Below, piece by piece: positions 1 to 11,640 of a DNA stretch of 64,000 nt. A program made the position numbers and the translations under genes. The notes under the pieces were generated by a model that saw nothing but the letters and a program-made list of their open reading frames with translations, was not told where the DNA came from and did no database searches. This stretch comes from Eledone cirrhosa (taxonomy: Eukaryota), in the NCBI GenBank assembly GCA_964016885.1, contig OZ024744.1, forward strand, positions 34,534,001 to 34,598,000, written 5' to 3'. How positions within the stretch are numbered: position 1 is the first letter of the stretch; the number at the start of each line of letters is the position of its first letter.

Positions 1-940
1 AAACTGCCCATCTTGTACCTACCCACACATACAATCATTCAGCCACATTAATATATTCCCAAGAGGCACTCATACATAGACTTGACTCTTATCGAGGTTT
101 TTGAGTGTTCTGTAACATAGCTAAACACACAAACCATCAATAAAACTAAATGACTAATTCAGGAAATAAGTACATAGGCTTCTAACTACCCGAACTACAC
201 ATCCAACCTTTCAGCCACTTAGACATACCCCCAAAGAGATATCTACCTCTACATTTCCTACTACAGCGGCGTTAGTGTGTACACCTACTCTAGTACTCCA
301 CGTCAGGAAAATATTTACCGTTTTACATGCATATAACTCCCCACCCCTCACCTTCTAACAAAAACCTTCCTTATATAAATACGCACCTACCAATATAATA
401 TAGGCCCTCATAGAGCATTGATAATTAGCAATTACCCTTTTTTACCTATTCCAGAAGATAAACTTGTTTTAAAATGTGGGGGTCGAAAGGGAAAAAAGCA
501 TTTTGGATATAGAGCTGTGCGCGTGAGCATGTGTATATGTGTGTGTTTCTTACACGTCCGTCTGAAGCTAAGAAGATATGTAAGTATAAGAATGTATGTG
601 TATGTGTATGTGTGTGTCTGTGTCTGTGTGTTTGTAAGTGCCAAGCTGTGAGCATATGTGTGTGTGTGTATAAGTGTGTGTTTGTTTGTAAGTGCGAAGC
701 TTTGAGCAAATGAGTGTGTATATAATGGTGTGTGTGTGTGTATAAGGGTGTGTGTGTGTGTTTTAGTTGTTGGGATGTGTGTGTTTTGTTGGTCTGTATA
801 AGTTGTAAGAGTATGTTTCCGACCATAACAGAGCCAAAGGAACTAGGGGGTAAATGTATTCACGCGTATGTGACAATGGACGAGGTAAGGGTGACAGTGG
901 CTATGGGTAGACAAATAAGCATGAGCGTATGTGTGTAGGA

Positions 941-1404
941 TTAAAGAAATTGGGGAGGGGAGTTGAGTCCATTGAGGAAACTGGACCCAAGGTGGAAAAT
1001 CAGACTCTGTTCAGTCCTGGTAGGTGAGACCTGTGATCCGTGATTTGAAAGGACACCAAGGACTGAGACAGGTAGGGAAGAGTGATTTGGGGAATGGAAA
1101 TGTCAAGCACGGGAGTATCCATTCCGAGACGTATATCCCTCAAATGCTCAGCAAAACGGTTCGACAAACGGCGTCCCGTTTGTCCGATGTATAAGGACCC
1201 GCAAAGGGAACACCGGAGGGTGTAGAATACGTAGAGGTGCAGGTGAAGGAGTGGCGGATACGGAGTGAACCATTGGTGCATGTAAGAGTGGTGAGGTTAG
1301 AAAAGAAATGACAGGTGTTACAGCGGTGGCGAGAACAGGGGAGAGAGCAGGGTGGAGTCCTAGGAGAGGACGGAAAGGAACTACGTACCAGGAGGTGGCG
1401 GAAA
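941..1404 (-). pseudogene. Penelope-like element, C-terminal GIY-YIG endonuclease fragment (frameshifted)
   Basis: The minus strand reads across frameshifts: RHLLVRSS...PCSRHRCNTCHF...RIRHSFTCTS / VFYTLRCSLCGSLYIGQTGRRLSNRFAEHLRDIR / HFHSPNHS...EQSLIFHLGSSFLNGLN...* (stop 941-943). The Cys-rich linker, Y..C..C...YIGQT.R.L..RF.EH and terminal GLN motif are typical of Penelope GIY-YIG domains. Confidence 0.88.
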
Positions 1405-1590
1405 TTATATATATATAAATGAAAATATAGAAATTATTGTGAGCGTGAAGCCAACAGTATTCCATAATACATAAGTGACTATAACGTCAAAATGGAAAAT
1501 GATTAACGGAAGATGTGGGAAAATAATTCAAACTCAATTTTTAAAAAATCAAGACAGATTTTATCCACAGATTTTGTGAAATCCAGGGAT

Positions 1591-1600
1591 ATATATATAT

Positions 1601-1650
<50 letters not shown>
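1591..1650. repeat. (TA)n/(GA)n/(CA)n compound microsatellite
   Basis: Directly visible dinucleotide runs. Confidence 0.9.
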
Positions 1651-1651
<1 letters not shown>

Positions 1652-1779
1652 TAGATAAATACATAGAGTGAGGGAAAGAGAGGCAGGTGGGTTGATATGT
1701 ATGTATGTAGAGATAGAGAGAAAGAGAGAAAGAGAGAGGGTGTAGATAGAAAGATGTATAGTGAATTAAATAAAGAAAG

Positions 1780-3240
1780 TGAGAAAGAAGAATATATCTA
1801 CAGAGAATTAGTTAAACACAAATCAACGAGGCAGTCAGTTTGACACAAAATCAGATAGCTATTTTCTTAAGTACACTGATATCCAATAATTTTTATAGGA
1901 TATATCTTAATTATCATATCCCAAAATTTCATATATTAAATTTATTGAAAAATATATAACACTCGGAGAGGTATATATAATATTTAACAATCAATACATA
2001 GATATAACTAATAGTTGTTATTTATTTTTTACTGTTCTGGTATGCGTGTCTGAAATATTCTCAATTTGGAGTATAGTTATCCTAATGTTGTTATTAGTTT
2101 TGAAGAGTTTGTTATATTTGTATGTAGGTGGGGAATATCTTAATACAGACAGGGTTTCCTGGTTATATTAATGGCAACATTACAATTTTCTCTTTTTGTG
2201 TGGTGGTCATCTTTGTATATTAACTATAGCCGCTTATAGCTAACGCATCATTACACTAGTGGTAGCCCTGTTAATAAGATCCCTTTTCTGTGGGTAGATC
2301 AGATAACATCATGCTTAGGAGTTGTGTGGCTAGGAGTTGTGTAAATTTTAGTGTATGTTTAGGATGTCTATGGCTGGTTTTCTATTGGTGTACTGCTTGC
2401 CAGGATTTTCTATCGTTAAGTTACTTTTAATAGTTATATTTACATTTAAAAAATTAATATTCCTGTTTAATCAAATCAAATTGCTTAAATGTTCCTGCTG
2501 GAGAATTTACCATTGTGCTTAGGTTTGCTTAAGCACATGACTCTGTTGGCCAGTGGGGCCCATCATCCTGACAAAAAAATATTTTACGATGAATTTTTCA
2601 AATGTTTGGAGCCTCATAACTTAACTAGCACAGGGCATCATTTGTCCTAAATCTGGTACTGACTACATCTATTATCTATGGTGTAGCCATTCATTTAAGA
2701 TTGTCTGGAGATGAGAGTGACAGTGCATAAGGAATGGACAATTCCAAACGATTGGTTATCGCAAGTACATCATAGCTTACCATATGAGGCCCTCCAACAA
2801 GAATTAAACTCCTTTTTGATTCAATAGGAATCGCGTAATATAAAAGCGACGCCATAGCGTTATTATCTTGGTGTCTAGATCAATAATTGAGACACATCCG
2901 CTCTCGAATTTTAGGTCCTTCGGGAGAATGAATTTAGAAATAGGGGTGGGGAAATAAATGCTTACTCTGTCAAACTGGGGAAATCTTCAGTATGATTTGT
3001 TTACGACAAATCAACCGTAGCATTGAAGTTCCATTGATTTTTATCTCGTAGAATCCTAGTTTTAAAGGTAAATGATCTGAAAATGCAGTTGTTAATTCAT
3101 GTCTTCTCAGAGAGATGGTTTAACCTGTGTTTGAAGCTGAATTGAAGTTGGTCATAAGATTCTTAAGACTGAAATATGGTCGGCATACTTAATCTCCTTA
3201 GTTTACAAATTGAAGGAACACGATCTTGAATTCAAAAGTA
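1780..3240 (-). pseudogene. Possible highly decayed Penelope-like reverse transcriptase remnant
   Basis: Manual minus-strand translation gives short motifs in the collinear order of a PLE RT: NATVDL (~3010), GPKIRE (~2915), FYITRFL (~2835), MVSYDV (~2780), FLNVNI...RKP (~2450-2375). There are many stops and frameshifts. Confidence 0.35.
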
Positions 3241-3280
3241 CATATTTCTAATGTTATATTATATTATGTAGTAAAATCCT

Positions 3281-3399
3281 TATGGTCTGAGTTCAAATCC
3301 CGCCAAGATTAACTTTGCCTTTCATTCTTACGGGGTCGATAAAATAAAGTACCAGTAATACACTGTGTAATTACTGGCCTTGTGCCAAAAGTAGAAACA
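3281..3399 (+). mobile_element. 5'-truncated tRNA-derived SINE with 18-bp target-site duplication
   Basis: B-box-like GAGTTCAAATCCC, conserved core AACTTTGCCTTTCAT..TTACGGGGTCGATAAAATAAAGTACCAG, and 3' end GGCCTTGTGCCAAAAGTAGAAACA. ATTATGTAGTAAAATCCT occurs at 3263-3280 and 3400-3417. Confidence 0.9.
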
Positions 3400-3614
3400 A
3401 TTATGTAGTAAAATCCTGATAATGGTTAAATATATTTGGATATAACAACGCCGAGATCTGTTTCTATGTAATTGCAGTTTTTAATTTACTATAAGTTCTC
3501 GAAACCCTATGAGAACCGATAAATAATTCAGTGGGGTTTTGAACTGTTATCATTTAATTACTATCTTAATGAACACCAATCCTCGAATCATTGTTATTAT
3601 TATCACTTCTACTA

Positions 3615-3837
3615 GGGTGGTGGATTGGCAGTATCAGTGGAGGGTCGGACACCATGCTTTGCAGCATAGAGTTACGGCCCTCTACGGTCTGAGTTCAAAT
3701 CCCGCCGAGGTTAACTTTGCCTTTCATCCTTACGGGGTCGATAAAATAAAGCACCAGTAATATACTGGGGTCGACTTATTCGACTTCCCCTTCCCCCAAA
3801 AATTACTGGCCTTGTGCCTATATAAGAAATCATTATA
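3615..3837 (+). mobile_element. Full-length tRNA-derived SINE (core resembles the Meta/MESC-type central domain)
   Basis: A-box-like TGGCAGTATCAGTGG, B-box-like GAGTTCAAATCC and the same core. 13-bp TSD ATCACTTCTACTA at 3602-3614 and 3838-3850. Confidence 0.92.
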
Positions 3838-4051
3838 ATCACTTCTACTATAGCTGTGAATTTCATCATTATATTATTCCATTTCACTGTCTAATTATAA
3901 TTTTTTTAAATTCCTTTTTAATTTCTTAATTTAACTAAAAGTAACCCAGCTCTTTTAATTAATGTTTCAAAGAAATGTAATTGTTAGATTCTTAAAGAGT
4001 CTATTAATTACTACGGACATATTAGTTGGATGATTTTTTTATGTTACAGTA

Positions 4052-4202
4052 GGCAGCGAATTGGCAGAGTCATTAGAACGTTGAATAGAATGCTTTACGA
4101 TAATAGTTTCGGCTTTCTGAGTTCGAATCCCGCCGAGGTCAACTTTGCATTTCATCCTTTCGTGGTCAATAAATAAAATACCAGTCTAATACTGGAATCG
4201 AT
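4052..4202 (+). mobile_element. Older diverged SINE copy
   Basis: GGCAGCGAATTGGCAGAGTC head, GAGTTCGAATCCCGCCGAGGTCAACTTTGC and the core are present. The 3' end has decayed. Confidence 0.85.
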
Positions 4203-4814
4203 ACTTCCTCTATATTTATTTCTTACTTCATATCTTTCACTCTCTATCGTTCTCTGGAAGAATTCTGCTGTGTTCAAACCTGAAGAGGGGTGGTCTCCGC
4301 CAGGCTTTCAAAATGCCCTTACGACTTCCTCAAGAGTTACGTACGGATCCCTGCATGCATGCACGTAAATTTCTTATATTAGATTTTATCTCTTTATTGT
4401 TTTTATACACACTATTTAAGTCGCCTCATCTACCAAAAATGGATGGCGGAATTTATAGCCATTACCAATTTAAATAAATGCTATGTGATGGCTTTGGTCT
4501 AGGAAAAGTGTGACACTGACATTTAAATTCTAACTGTCATAAAATTGACAACTTAACTAAACTACTCCTCAAACAAGTGTTAACAATGTAACCAGCCAAT
4601 CAAACTCACCTAATAGAGCACACCGTCTACAGTGTTTTATATACTTTTTCCTTTATGTATTTTTCTTTCTTTTTTCTTTTTCTTTAATTGTATCTTTATT
4701 TGTAATACTGGTATGAACTGATGATTTTACTAGGACTTTAATGCTAGGAATTTCCTGGGGAAGTATTGAGTAAACAATTAAATCAAGACAATTACTTTCG
4801 ATGCAATGTAAAAT

Positions 4815-4856
4815 CGTCGAGTGATGATGCTAAATGCAGAAACAATTGTAGAACGC
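4815..4856 (+). ncRNA. Degenerate minimal type I hammerhead-ribozyme-like motif (Penelope pLTR type)
   Basis: (G)TGATGA - TGC taaat GCA - GAAA - palindromic CAATTG - TA - GAACG, followed by AATAA/AATAAA. The core C3 is replaced by G and stem I is imperfect. Confidence 0.5.
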
Positions 4857-5241
4857 AATAACCAAATAAATTGAATGAATATTCATACATTGTTATTGTT
4901 ATCATAATAACTCCCTACGAATGCGTCTTTGAATCTTAAGTTGGAAACATCTTTGAGATTATAGATTAAATAATAGAAAAGAATTTCGTCCGTAGATAAA
5001 GGCAAAGTACATTGATTTTAATATTGACGAAGGGCAGAAATAACTTGTAATAATTAGGTATATTTTATATTAACGGTCATGCCCTGATCATAAATGCGTA
5101 ACCTTAGATTTTGGGGTCCAGTTGTAGCTGGCATTATAGTAGAGTAGCGGTTCTAAAATTGGCTTTTCTCTAAATTTAAATTTGTCCTTGCGCTTGGCGA
5201 GAGTACGATACATATATACATAATAAATACATACATACATG

Positions 5242-5400
<159 letters not shown>

Positions 5401-5521
5401 AGCATATGTGAGTGTATGGGTATGTGTGTGTTTAGTATTACAAAATTACGGTTTGTAATTTCCTTTTCGTCCGGTCATGCAATTCTATCTGATTTTCACT
5501 GTAACTGTTGCCAATTTTGCA

Positions 5522-5524
<3 letters not shown>

Positions 5525-5583
<59 letters not shown>
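5525..5583. repeat. (TA)n microsatellite, Helitron target flank
   Basis: Pure TA run abutting the Helitron CTAG end. Confidence 0.95.
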
Positions 5584-5584
<1 letters not shown>

Positions 5585-5897
5585 TAGCAGTTTAGCCCGG
5601 CGTTGCTCGGGTTTGTTCATTTGCTATGAAAAGTTACATACAGGTAAACGTGGTTTGAAAGCGAATAAGCTTATCAATTAAGTGCATAAAGTAGTTGAAC
5701 CGGTTATTAAAAGTTACGAACCAATTAGCATTTTGGTCAATCAATGATGGGTTAATAATCTTCCAATAGCGAATTTAGTAGACCAAAGTTGCAAGATGGT
5801 GGCCCTGATGCCGCTGGGTGTCAGATCTGTCCGCCATGGGATACCCTACCAGGAAATAGTGTTCCAGACGGCATAGCTCCAACACCTGCACCAACAT

Positions 5898-7152
5898 CTA
5901 TAGCACCTCTTTGTAGACGATATTGAGTGTCATCCCTTGAGGAGAGTAAGCAAAAAGTCTATTCCTGCTCCCTGCGCGGGAACAGGCAACATAAAGTTGG
6001 CCATGGGAGAAGCATGGCTCCCCCAAATGGATGCCCGCCACCTACAATGTTTGCCCCTGTGACTTGTTAATGGACATGGCAAAACATGGTCTCACCGGGA
6101 ATTGGGATCGCCGGAAATCGAACGGGATATCTGACGCCGAGGGGAAAAGGTTCATCCTTGGACTGAAAACATTCTCCCCTCTTCCGCACCCCGTTACAAT
6201 GGTGGCCTCAATCAAGTGGGTGTCAGTGACTTGACGACCATGCGAGTACCGTTGCACTGCTTTGGTGGACGCAAGTTCCTTATTAGCATAATGGGACAGC
6301 CAACCCTAAGCTTAATAATGTGAGGTGGGAGCCCTGGGGGCTCAAGGAGATTTAATAACTCAACCGGATAATTAACGATATCGTCGGGGTCTGATTTGAA
6401 GATGTGCTCTTTACCGGGAATCTTCTCAATCAGCTGCTCGTTAATAAAATTAACCATGGTATTTTTCGCAGCAAGGATGGCTCTTTCGCTGAGCCAATCG
6501 AGGTTTTTAAAGTTAGATGAGACATTAGGAAAAACTGCTTCCCAAAGGTCAGAAGGGCTGCTCACAATGTTGCACAGGGTGTCGATTGCTATGCCGCCCT
6601 TGTCATCCACAGGGATCTTGCCCTCACCAAGTGCTAAAATGTTCTGTGCTGCAGACATGTTGTCACCATGCAAATGAGCACGCATATTTGTGCTCAGGTA
6701 CAAACTATTCACATGGAGCCACAACATGGACGACTTAAGACAGGCACGCACTTCATCAGCTCTTGTCCATTTGGGGATGACAGGCAGCGTTTTCTGAAAA
6801 TACCCTGATAGCAGAAGGGTTACGCCACCCATAGGAGCCGTAGAATCACTAATGTCTTTCCGGGCGTCGTCCAATGCCTCAAGGGCACCCTTGTGTGCCA
6901 TTGTGCACTCATCCCAAACAATGAGGCAACATCTTTTGAGAACCAGAGCTTTGTGTGAACTCTTGCTGATATTGCATGTTGGTGTCTCAGTTTTTACTAA
7001 ATCCAAAGGGAGTTTAAAGGTTGAATGTGCTGTCCTGCCTCTCGGCAGCAAAGTAGCAGCGATCCCGGACGATGCAACGGACAACGCAACTTTTTTCTCC
7101 TTAGCGAGAATCAAATTCGTTACAAAAGTTTTTCCGGTACCCCCAGGAGCGT
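5898..7152 (-). pseudogene. Helitron PIF1-family (SF1B) helicase domain, disrupted
   Basis: Motifs APGGTGKTF, VASSGIAATLL.GRTAHSTFKLP, IVWDECTM, PMGG..LLLSG.F.KTLPV, CNGTRM, QFPVRPCFAMSINKSQGQTL and FSHGQLYVACSR...NIVYKEVL*. Frameshift near 6220 and in-frame stop at 6042-6044. Confidence 0.95.
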
Positions 7153-7184
7153 TTTTTATTGGGGGGATCAGGGGTTTTTTTTTT

Positions 7185-7913
7185 TTACCTTGAGGTATAA
7201 CCAGTCAGTAGTTCCTTCAAAGGCTCTGGCGGTTCCGTAAGCGGGGGCAAGGTGACCTTACCGTTTAAGCAGCACATTGCAGGTGGCTCCCCAGCCCACT
7301 TTGTAGCATTGCAGAATTGGCAATTGAAGCGCATCTCGCCTATATTTATGTCAGAGCGCATCGAGTAATTAACGTTTTGCTCATACTTGAAAGCCCGTAG
7401 GCGCCAGTAAGGGCTGTTGGGGCTCGTCACACCGCGTGCAGCTTCTCGCCGTCGACTGTTACGCTTGAACGTAGAACATTGGTCGTGTGGTTGGTGGGAA
7501 GGTCTGGCAGCAATAGCAGAAGCAACATTTGCAATGCTAATGGACCGCCCGTCTGCATCTTCAGAAGCCATGGAAGTAGTCATAGCCGCAGCGTTCGTAG
7601 GAAGGCGAGCCGTCCGTTGTTTTAAACGTTCCAAAGACCTGGAAGCAGCATTAGTCGCATCGTTTCTAGCCAGGCGCTTCGACCTTTGTTCCCGGCTCTC
7701 TGAAGCCCTGGAAGAAGTCTGGTATGAAGCCATTTTGGCTAGGCGTGCGGTGCGCTGTTGGAAACTTTCAGTGGCTCGACATTCTGCTGAACGTAAGGCT
7801 GTCTGTGAAAGTCTTGAAGCATTTTCCTCAGAGGACTCGTTTGCTATAGTAGCCTTTTGCGCCACTGCTGACGCGGTATGTCGACTGAGGCGACTTCTCT
7901 TTTTAGGTGGCAT
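7185..7913 (-). pseudogene. Helitron RepHel N-terminal region (charged helical repeats plus zinc-binding motif), truncated
   Basis: MPPKKR start, ES.EQR..RL repeats, and CQFCNATKWAGEPPAMCCLNGKVTLPPL.EPPEPLKELL, which is characteristic of animal Helitron N-termini. Confidence 0.9.
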
Positions 7914-7920
7914 TTAATGT

Positions 7921-8293
7921 CCAAAAGAAAGGGTGAAAGTTACTTCTACAGAAAAATTGACTTTGAAAGTATAAGGCTGATAATTGAATGTAAAAAGATT
8001 GATAAGAAAGGCCCCCCCAAAAAAATTTACAGGTATTTGTATGTATGTGTGTATTTTTATGTCGAAAAGAAAGGGTTAAAGTTACTTCTACAGAAAAATT
8101 TAAGTTACTTCTTATTTAATTTAAGTTACTTCTACAGAAAAAGTGTAAGGCCGATGTGTGTGTAAATTAAGTGACAGGTATTTGTATGTATGTGTGTATA
8201 TGTATGTATGTGTGTATGAAAGTGTAAGGCCGATGTGTGTGTAAATTAAGTGACAGGTATTTGTATGTATGTGTGTATATGTATGTATGTGTG

Positions 8294-8325
<32 letters not shown>

Positions 8326-8582
8326 TGTATGTATGTATGTATGTATGTATGTATGTATGTATGTATGTATGTATGTATGTATGTATTAAAGGTTTAAAGT
8401 TACTTCAACATAAAAATTGACTTTGAAAGTATAAGGCTGATAATTGAATGTAAAAAGATTGATAAGAAAGGCCCCCCAAAAAACTTTACAGGTCTTTGTA
8501 TGTATGTGTGTATTTGTATGTCGAAAATAAAGGGTTAAAGTTACTTATACAGAAAAATATAGTTTGAAAGTGTAAGGCCGAT
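7921..8582. repeat. Internal direct repeats and (TATG)n in the Helitron 5' region
   Basis: A ~170-bp block at ~7930-8100 is repeated at ~8390-8560. A ~79-bp tandem pair lies at ~8140-8297, and (TATG)n at ~8297-8386. Confidence 0.85.
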
Positions 8583-9152
8583 TGAAAAACTTACAGTTTA
8601 GTAAATGAAAGTCAGCTTCGAAATGGAGTTTGAACGCGCTAATACAAACACACACACATATATCCGTCTTTTAGTGTGTTTGTTTGTTTCTTTCTCCCTC
8701 TTTATCATTATATGCTATTGTTATTTCTAAAACAAACTGTGTATGCGTTGATTGTTTGAAATTCCCGCGTTCCTGTTTCTATGACGTCAATCGTAACCAT
8801 ACCAACATATATGTGTGTGTATGCACCCACATATATGTGTGTATATGTTTTTTTTCAATGTTTCTCTTTTTCACAAACACTTATAAGAGAAGGTAGCAAT
8901 TTTAAGGGGAGGTGATGAAGGGAGTAGATATAGGAAACGTATATCATATGAGAGAGGAGAAATCATCGATTGTTGAAATAAATCGATTTTTCCGTAATTG
9001 TGGCATTTTTTACCCAATAAGTTCGCCCATGACCCAAGTTAGAATATTTGTAAACATTCTGCTTAATTATTCATACAATATTTTTGGAATTGTGTAAATG
9101 TATAAAATTGAAACATACTTACAGGTACAAAAATCTGCTTTTATAGATAATG

Positions 9153-9153
<1 letters not shown>

Positions 9154-9215
<62 letters not shown>

Positions 9216-9216
9216 A
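9154..9216. repeat. (TA)n(TG)n(TA)n microsatellite
   Basis: Directly visible. It flanks the Helitron 5' end. Confidence 0.9.
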
Positions 9217-9474
9217 CACACAAAAACAAGATGGCGTAGCACAGAACAAAGGAGAGGCGCAAAAACAAAGAAAAGAATCCCCAGTCACTGAATAGGTCAC
9301 AGAATGTGTGACGAAAGAACTTTGACAATATATGAACAATAATCTGGTTGTGGAACCAACCAACCAATCGGAAATTTATAAATTCCTACATTTATAAATT
9401 TAATTTATAATAAATTGAAGTGAAAGCAACTGGTGCGTGTTTTTCTTATTGGCAACATGACCCTCCCAAAGTAT

Positions 9475-9511
<37 letters not shown>

Positions 9512-9667
9512 GTAGGTGTCTAAACATATGCCAGAAAATACGAATTTCCCTGTAAATTGAAAAGAGGATAATCACATTTAAACGATTTTCGGATATAAAT
9601 GGACTCTGATCCGAAAGCATGTATATGATCAAAACAACCACTAGGAAACATGTATTTCATGCCGGGG

Positions 9668-11608
9668 GGTGGTGTTGATGTGGTTATTGTTAAGGGTGTT
9701 GATGGTGATGGTGTTGTTGGTTGTAGTGTTGAGTTTGTTGGTGGTAGTGTTGGTGGTTGTTGTAGTGATGATGTTGCTGGTTGTTGTTGGTGGTGTTGAT
9801 GGTGGTAGTGTTGGTGGTTGTTGTAGTGGTGATGTTAGTGTTGGTGGCTGGTGTAGTGGAGATGATGTCGTTGGTTGTTGTTGTTGGTGTTGATGGTGGT
9901 GGTAGTGTTGGTGGTTGTTGTAGTGGTGATGATGTCGTTGGTTGTTGTTGGTGTTGATGGTGATGGTAGTGTTGGTGGTTGTTGTAGTGGTGATGATGTC
10001 GTTGGTTGTTGTTGGTGGTGGTGGTAGTGTTGGTGTTGGTGGTTGTTGTAGTGGTGATGATGTCGTTGGTTGTTGTTGGTGGTGTTGATGGTGGTGGTAG
10101 TGTTGGTGGTTGTTGTTGTAGTGGTGATGATGTCGTTGGTTGTTGTTGTTGTTGATGGTGGTGGTGGTGTTGGTGGTTGTTGTAGTGGTGATGATGTTGT
10201 TGGTTGTTGATGTTGGTGTTGATGGTGGAGGTAGTGTTGGTGGTTGTCGTAGTGGTGATGATGTCGTTGGTTGTTGTTGGTGTTGATGGTGGTGGTAGTG
10301 TTGCTGGTTGATGTAGTGGTGATGATGTCGTTGGTTGTTGTTGTTGTTGATGGTGGTGGTGGTGTTGGTGGTTGTTGTAGTGGTGATGATGTCGTTGGTT
10401 GTTGTTGGTGGTGTTGATGGTGGTGGTAGTGTTGGTGGTTGTTGTAGTGGTGATGATGTCGTTGGTTGTTGGAGGTGTTGATGGTGGTGGTAGTGTTGGT
10501 GGTTGTTGTAGTGGTGATGATGTCGTTGGTTGTTGGAGGTGTTGATGGTGGTGGTAGTGTTGGTGGTTGTTGTAGTGGTGATGATGTCGTTGGTTGTTGT
10601 TGCTGTTGATGGTGGTGGTGGTGTTGGTGGTTGTTGTAGAGGTGATGATGTCGTTGGTTGTTGTTTGTGTTGGTGTTGATGGTGGTGGTAGTGTTGGTGT
10701 TGGTGGTTGTTGTAGTGGTGATGATGTCGTTGGTTGTTGTTGATGGTGGTGGTGGTAGAGTTGGTGGTTGTTGTAGTGGTGATGATGTCGTTGGTTGTTG
10801 TTGGTGTTGATGGTGGTGGTAGTGTTGGTGGTTGTTGTAGTGGTGATGATGTCGTTGCTTGTTGTTGGTGGTGGTTGTAGTATTGGTGGTTGTTGTAGTG
10901 GTGATGATGTCGTTGGTTGTTGTTGGTGTTGATGGTGGTGGTGGTGTTGGTGGTTGTTGTTGTAGTGGTGATGATGTCATTGGTTGTTGTTGGTGGTGTT
11001 GATGGTGGTGGTGGTGTTGGTGGTTGTTGTAGTGGTGATAATGTCGTTGGTTGTTGTTGGTGGTGTTGGTGGTTGTTGTTGTAGTGGTGATGATGTCATT
11101 GGTTGTTGTTGGTATTGGTGGCGGTGGTAGTGTTGGTGGTTGTTGTAGTGGTGATGATGTCGTTGGTTGTTGTTGGTGGTGTTGGTGGTTGTTGTTGTAG
11201 TGGTGATGATGTCATTGGTTGTTGTTGGTATTGGTGGCGGTGGTAGTGTTGGTGGTTGTTGTAGTGGTGATGATGTCGTTGGTTGTTGTTGGTGTTGATG
11301 GTGGTGGTAGTGTTGGTGGTTGTTGTAGTGGAGATGATGTCGTTGGTTGTTGTAGGTGTTGATGGTGGTGGTGGTGTTGGTGGTTGTTGTAGTGGTGATG
11401 ATGTCGTTGGTTGGTGTTGTTGTTGATGGTGGTGGTAGTGTTGGTGGTTGTTGTAGTGGTGATAATGTCGTTGGTTGTTGTTGGTGTTGATGGTGGTGGT
11501 GGTGTTGGTGGTTGTTGTAGAGGTGATAATGTCGTAGGTTGTTGTTGGTGGTGGTATTGATGGTGGTGGTAGTGTTGGTTGTTGTTGTAGTGGTGATGAT
11601 GTCGTTGG

Positions 11609-11640
<32 letters not shown>

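Larger units (their letters stand above)
5584..9153 (-). mobile_element. Helitron, internally deleted (non-autonomous), both termini present
   Basis: Minus-strand 3' end: hairpin CCCGAGCAACGCCGGG (5596-5611) 8 nt before CTAG (5584-5587), followed by T. 5' end: A|TC at 9153 (alternatively 9147). Flanked by (TA)n on both sides, and encodes RepHel fragments. Confidence 0.88.

Noticed and set aside
418-938. Short VCVC/THTH ORFs, here and at 5.1-5.6, 8.7-9.6, 15.9-16.2, 45.7-46.7 and 53-54.3 kb
   Set aside because: Translations of dinucleotide and tetranucleotide microsatellites.
3615-3710. tRNA gene
   Set aside because: The A/B boxes belong to a SINE head. There is no cloverleaf, and it is followed by the SINE core and a TSD.
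4278-4350. CTGAAGAGGGG...TACGTA as a second hammerhead
   Set aside because: There is no GAAA core at the expected position and no convincing stems.
4717-4822. CTGATGA at 4718 and an imperfect inverted repeat with 4808-4822 (hammerhead or C/D snoRNA)
   Set aside because: No matching GAAA/stem III or D-box arrangement. The match is short and AT-rich.
6212-7114. Host PIF1 helicase gene
   Set aside because: It is intronless and disrupted, and lies between Helitron termini next to a Helitron N-terminal domain.
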